Assembly: GCF_020745735.1 (NCBI RefSeq)
Contig: NC_083435.1
Span: 4,503,905 to 4,567,904 of the forward strand
DNA: 64,000 nucleotides
DNA from: Hemiscyllium ocellatum
Taxonomy: Eukaryota
Direction of reading: 5' to 3'
In this document: piece after piece, positions 61,051 through 64,000 of the stretch
Layout: the number at the start of each line of letters is the position of its first letter
Position numbering within the stretch: position 1 is the first letter of the stretch
The notes under the pieces: model-generated
What the model was told of the DNA's origin: nothing
The model's input: the letters and a program-made list of their open reading frames with translations, nothing else
Database searches by the model: none
Translations under genes and position numbers: made by a program

Positions 61051-62832
61051 CCAATTAAATTTTTTAAAATCCTGCACAAGACAGACATTTTTGATACTCG
61101 TTCTTTGCAGGTTAGATGTTTCTACTACACTGCCCCCACACAGGCCAATCAAGCAACTGTCACATAGTTTAGAACCAATCAGCTCCATCCTGTTCATCCT
61201 TTTCATCTGCATTCCAGGTGAAGGTAACAGAGTGCCTGAGTAAACAGGATTTTCAAAACAGCAAACATACCTTAACACAATCTCCTTGGTTTAAAAGAGC
61301 ACTTCCCTTTTTGACAACACAGTCCAAAATAATAAAAGGAAATAAAGAGATAAAAGATCTTTCACAAAGATGAAAGCTCTTGTTGAATCAAAGTCCTGCA
61401 TGAATAAAGAACAGCATTCTGTGGAAGGCTGCAGCTTCATTGTGCCACACTTATGCAGGGATTGATTCAAATACTTGTAGTTGCACCAGCTGTATGTTAG
61501 TTGAATCAACTCTTCAAAAAGTGAAATTTACCTTTCCTTGTGGAGCATCATTTACCTCTCAATTCATGCATAATTTGGGCCAAATCAGATTGATATTCAA
61601 ATAAATGCCATAAAGAGTGAAATCTAGTTGGTTATTTCTGGCTTGGTGAGAGAATCTCCATTCAGTATGGTTCTTAAATTTGCACGACTCTCATGAGAAT
61701 GATCAGCTTAGTGCAGTTGAAGGTTTAAACATGCAACACAGACAGCCTGAAACATTATGTTCTGAACTTCTTTTTAATTCTGTCGTGATGTTACATCACA
61801 ATACTTCAAAAGACATTGGTTGCCCAGCTGTACAGTACAAAATCAAAAGGCTTTTCAACTTTCTTTGCAACAAAAATACCAGATTAATACATCCTTAAAA
61901 AAAACTGTACCTCCAGTCAGACAAATTGAGTTAGTTCACTCATCTCCAATGCACTGCTTAAGGAGCAAACAACAACCAGGAAAAGTTATCAAGGTGCATT
62001 TTCCAACGCACCAAATATTAGTCACATAATAAGATCACTTCCAAAGTTGAGCCTCCATCATTTGCAATCTATTAATACAAGATCCTGTAATTCTGCCAAT
62101 TTAATCGGGTTTGTCTAGCTCAACCACCCAGTGTTTGGAACTCCTGTCCTGTGTTTCAGCTATCAAACAAGCCTCTGAATGGGCACATGGCTCTCAGCTA
62201 GCTGTTAAAATTGTAAAACAGGTAAGGTATTGAGCTATATGGGTAATATCCCAACTTCGTTGCTCAGCACAATTCTGGAAAAATGTGACAAATCAAATCA
62301 TTCTTCAAGTCTGATGCAAGTTCAAAAGGGACTAAGAATACAGATTTTCAAACAGATTGCAAAACCAAAAAACAGTTCCAAACAATTTTAAGAGATGAAA
62401 TCAAAAGGAAAGAAATTGACATTGGTCACACCGGAACTCCGGGAAAGCTAGTTGAAATTCACACGCAGGAAATGATGCACTTTCCTGATTCAATCAGGGA
62501 TTGAAAGAACAGCACTGGATACCACTGCTATCCTGACTCAGCTACATCACTGTGCAATAGGACAGGGGTAGAAGAGAGAGAAAAGCACAACTATGTCCTT
62601 TCTGTGGCAATGTAACATGGTTGAGACGAGGCCTAATCTACCTGATACCTCATAAGAGAAAAAAAGAGAAAGGAATAAACACAACCAATTTACTGACAAT
62701 GATGTATAAATAGAAATTTGATTCAATTTCACTTTCTGGTTTGGTACTTGGCAGCTGAGTTTCAGTATAAGTTCCCGAACTGGTGCGTTCCATCCTGTTC
62801 GTTCCCGATAGCGTCCACACTGCAGTTTAATC

Positions 62833-62958
62833 TCACTGCTTCTGCTGCATGGCTTCTTTCCTTGCCGCATCCTGCAGCAGCTGGGTGTCCACCTCATCAG
62901 CTGGGAGTTGTACATAACGCACTACTGAGCCCCGGATAAAGCAGTTCTTCACAGAGAG
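62833..62958 (-). CDS. LSM2: U6 snRNA-associated Sm-like protein LSm2, last coding exon (upstream exons lie beyond the window)
   Basis: Acceptor ttcctcttcccag| then LSVKNCFIRGSVVRYVQLPADEVDTQLLQDAARKEAMQQKQ*, essentially the vertebrate LSM2 C-terminus. Too short to appear in the ORF track. Confidence 0.95.
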   Translation of the reverse strand, partial: LSVKNCFIRGSVVRYVQLPADEVDTQLLQDAARKEAMQQKQ

Positions 62959-63359
62959 CTGGGAAGAGGAATATTTGGCATTAATGCTGGTAAGTGTAGG
63001 GCAGATGATCAGTTGGATTACTTAAATAGGGACACGGTTCCAGACGCTTTCTGCATACCACTCATCCAGACAATTTGCAAGGAAAAAAAGTGTAAAGTCT
63101 AAATCAGGAGTCTCCCCTCATACAGTACTTAAATAGTTCTCTCGCTGAGGTGACAATTCTTATAAATTGCCTTGTCCGTCTTACATGGTTCCAGACCCAT
63201 ATCAATATGGTTGACTCTTAACCACCCTCTCGGCAAACAGAGATGGGAAATAAATGCAGGCCCAGCCAATGTAGCCCACATTCCACGAGTATATATAAAA
63301 AGAAATAAAACACTTTAATTTGAAAAAAAATCCCCATTTTTGAACTCTATTTTCTTTTG

Positions 63360-64000
63360 TATGTCAATTAGGTTAATGGGCTGAAAAGTGGCAAATGGAG
63401 TTTAATTGTTTAATAAGAGTGAGGTACTGAATTTTGGCATTACAAACAAAAACTTATAGATATAGAATCAGCCCAACAAGTCCACACCGACCCTCCAAAC
63501 AGTAACCCATCCAGACCCATTCCCCTATATTTATCACTGACTAATACACCTAACCTACACATCCCTGAACACTATGGGCAATTCAGCATGGCCAATTCAC
63601 CTTATACAATAAAAAGTTGGTCTTCTGTACTGTTGCAGAACAGAGAGACCTAGGGACTCAAATACACAATTTTTTGAAGTTTTCATCACGCATAGCTAAG
63701 GCACTTCGCACTTTGCCCTTCATTGCTCAGATCTTTGAGTAAAGGAGTTGGGATGTTATATTAAAGTTGTACGGGATGTTGGTGAAGCCTCTTCTGTATT
63801 ACTGTGTCCAGTTCTGTTCTCCCTGTTATAGGAAAGACATCATGAAGCTGGAGAGGATTCAGTCTCTTCTTAACAGCACCTTGCCGGGAAGGGAGGGATT
63901 GAGTTATAAAGACAGGCTGGGATTTTTTCCACTGGGGCATTGGAGATTGAGAAGGGAATTTGTGAAGGTTTATAAAATCATGAGGGGTAGAGAGAAAGTG
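63360..64000 (+). mobile_element. Degenerate CR1 RT/3' fragment running off the window
   Basis: ggctgaaaagtggcaaatggagtttaat..gaagctggagaggattcag, similar to the other CR1 copies. Confidence 0.75.

Noticed and set aside
59710-62830. Unique-looking sequence and a plus-strand exon-like stretch at 61111-61223
   Set aside because: No recognisable protein; more simply LSM2 3' UTR or downstream sequence (minus-strand AATAAA at 59734-59739).

Overview
Eukaryotic genomic DNA, almost certainly from a shark or ray: HE1-type SINEs and HER1/CR1 LINEs dominate the repeats. The window holds a dispersed, intronless histone cluster (5.8-49.2 kb) of eight genes, each with a histone 3' stem-loop, and every one is non-canonical. 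There are three strongly Arg-enriched, divergent H1-family genes that resemble protamine-like sperm proteins, two divergent H2B genes, one H2A, an H3.2-type H3 (Q125H) and an H4 (V65I/A69S). One H1-like ORF reads through its own stem-loop and stops exactly at the expected U7 cleavage point, with a poly(A) signal just downstream. Beyond the cluster lie a two-exon divergent CALHM-family channel gene and the last coding exon of LSM2. LSM2 is an MHC class III gene in human, which hints at an extended-MHC-like region. Mobile DNA includes a degenerate class I ERV provirus inserted into a SINE, a related solo LTR, and a Penelope-like element with target-site duplication and a 3' hammerhead motif. Many small palindromic elements carry minimal hammerhead ribozyme cores from three further sequence families. 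All assignments were made by eye; no searches were run, and repeat boundaries are approximate.
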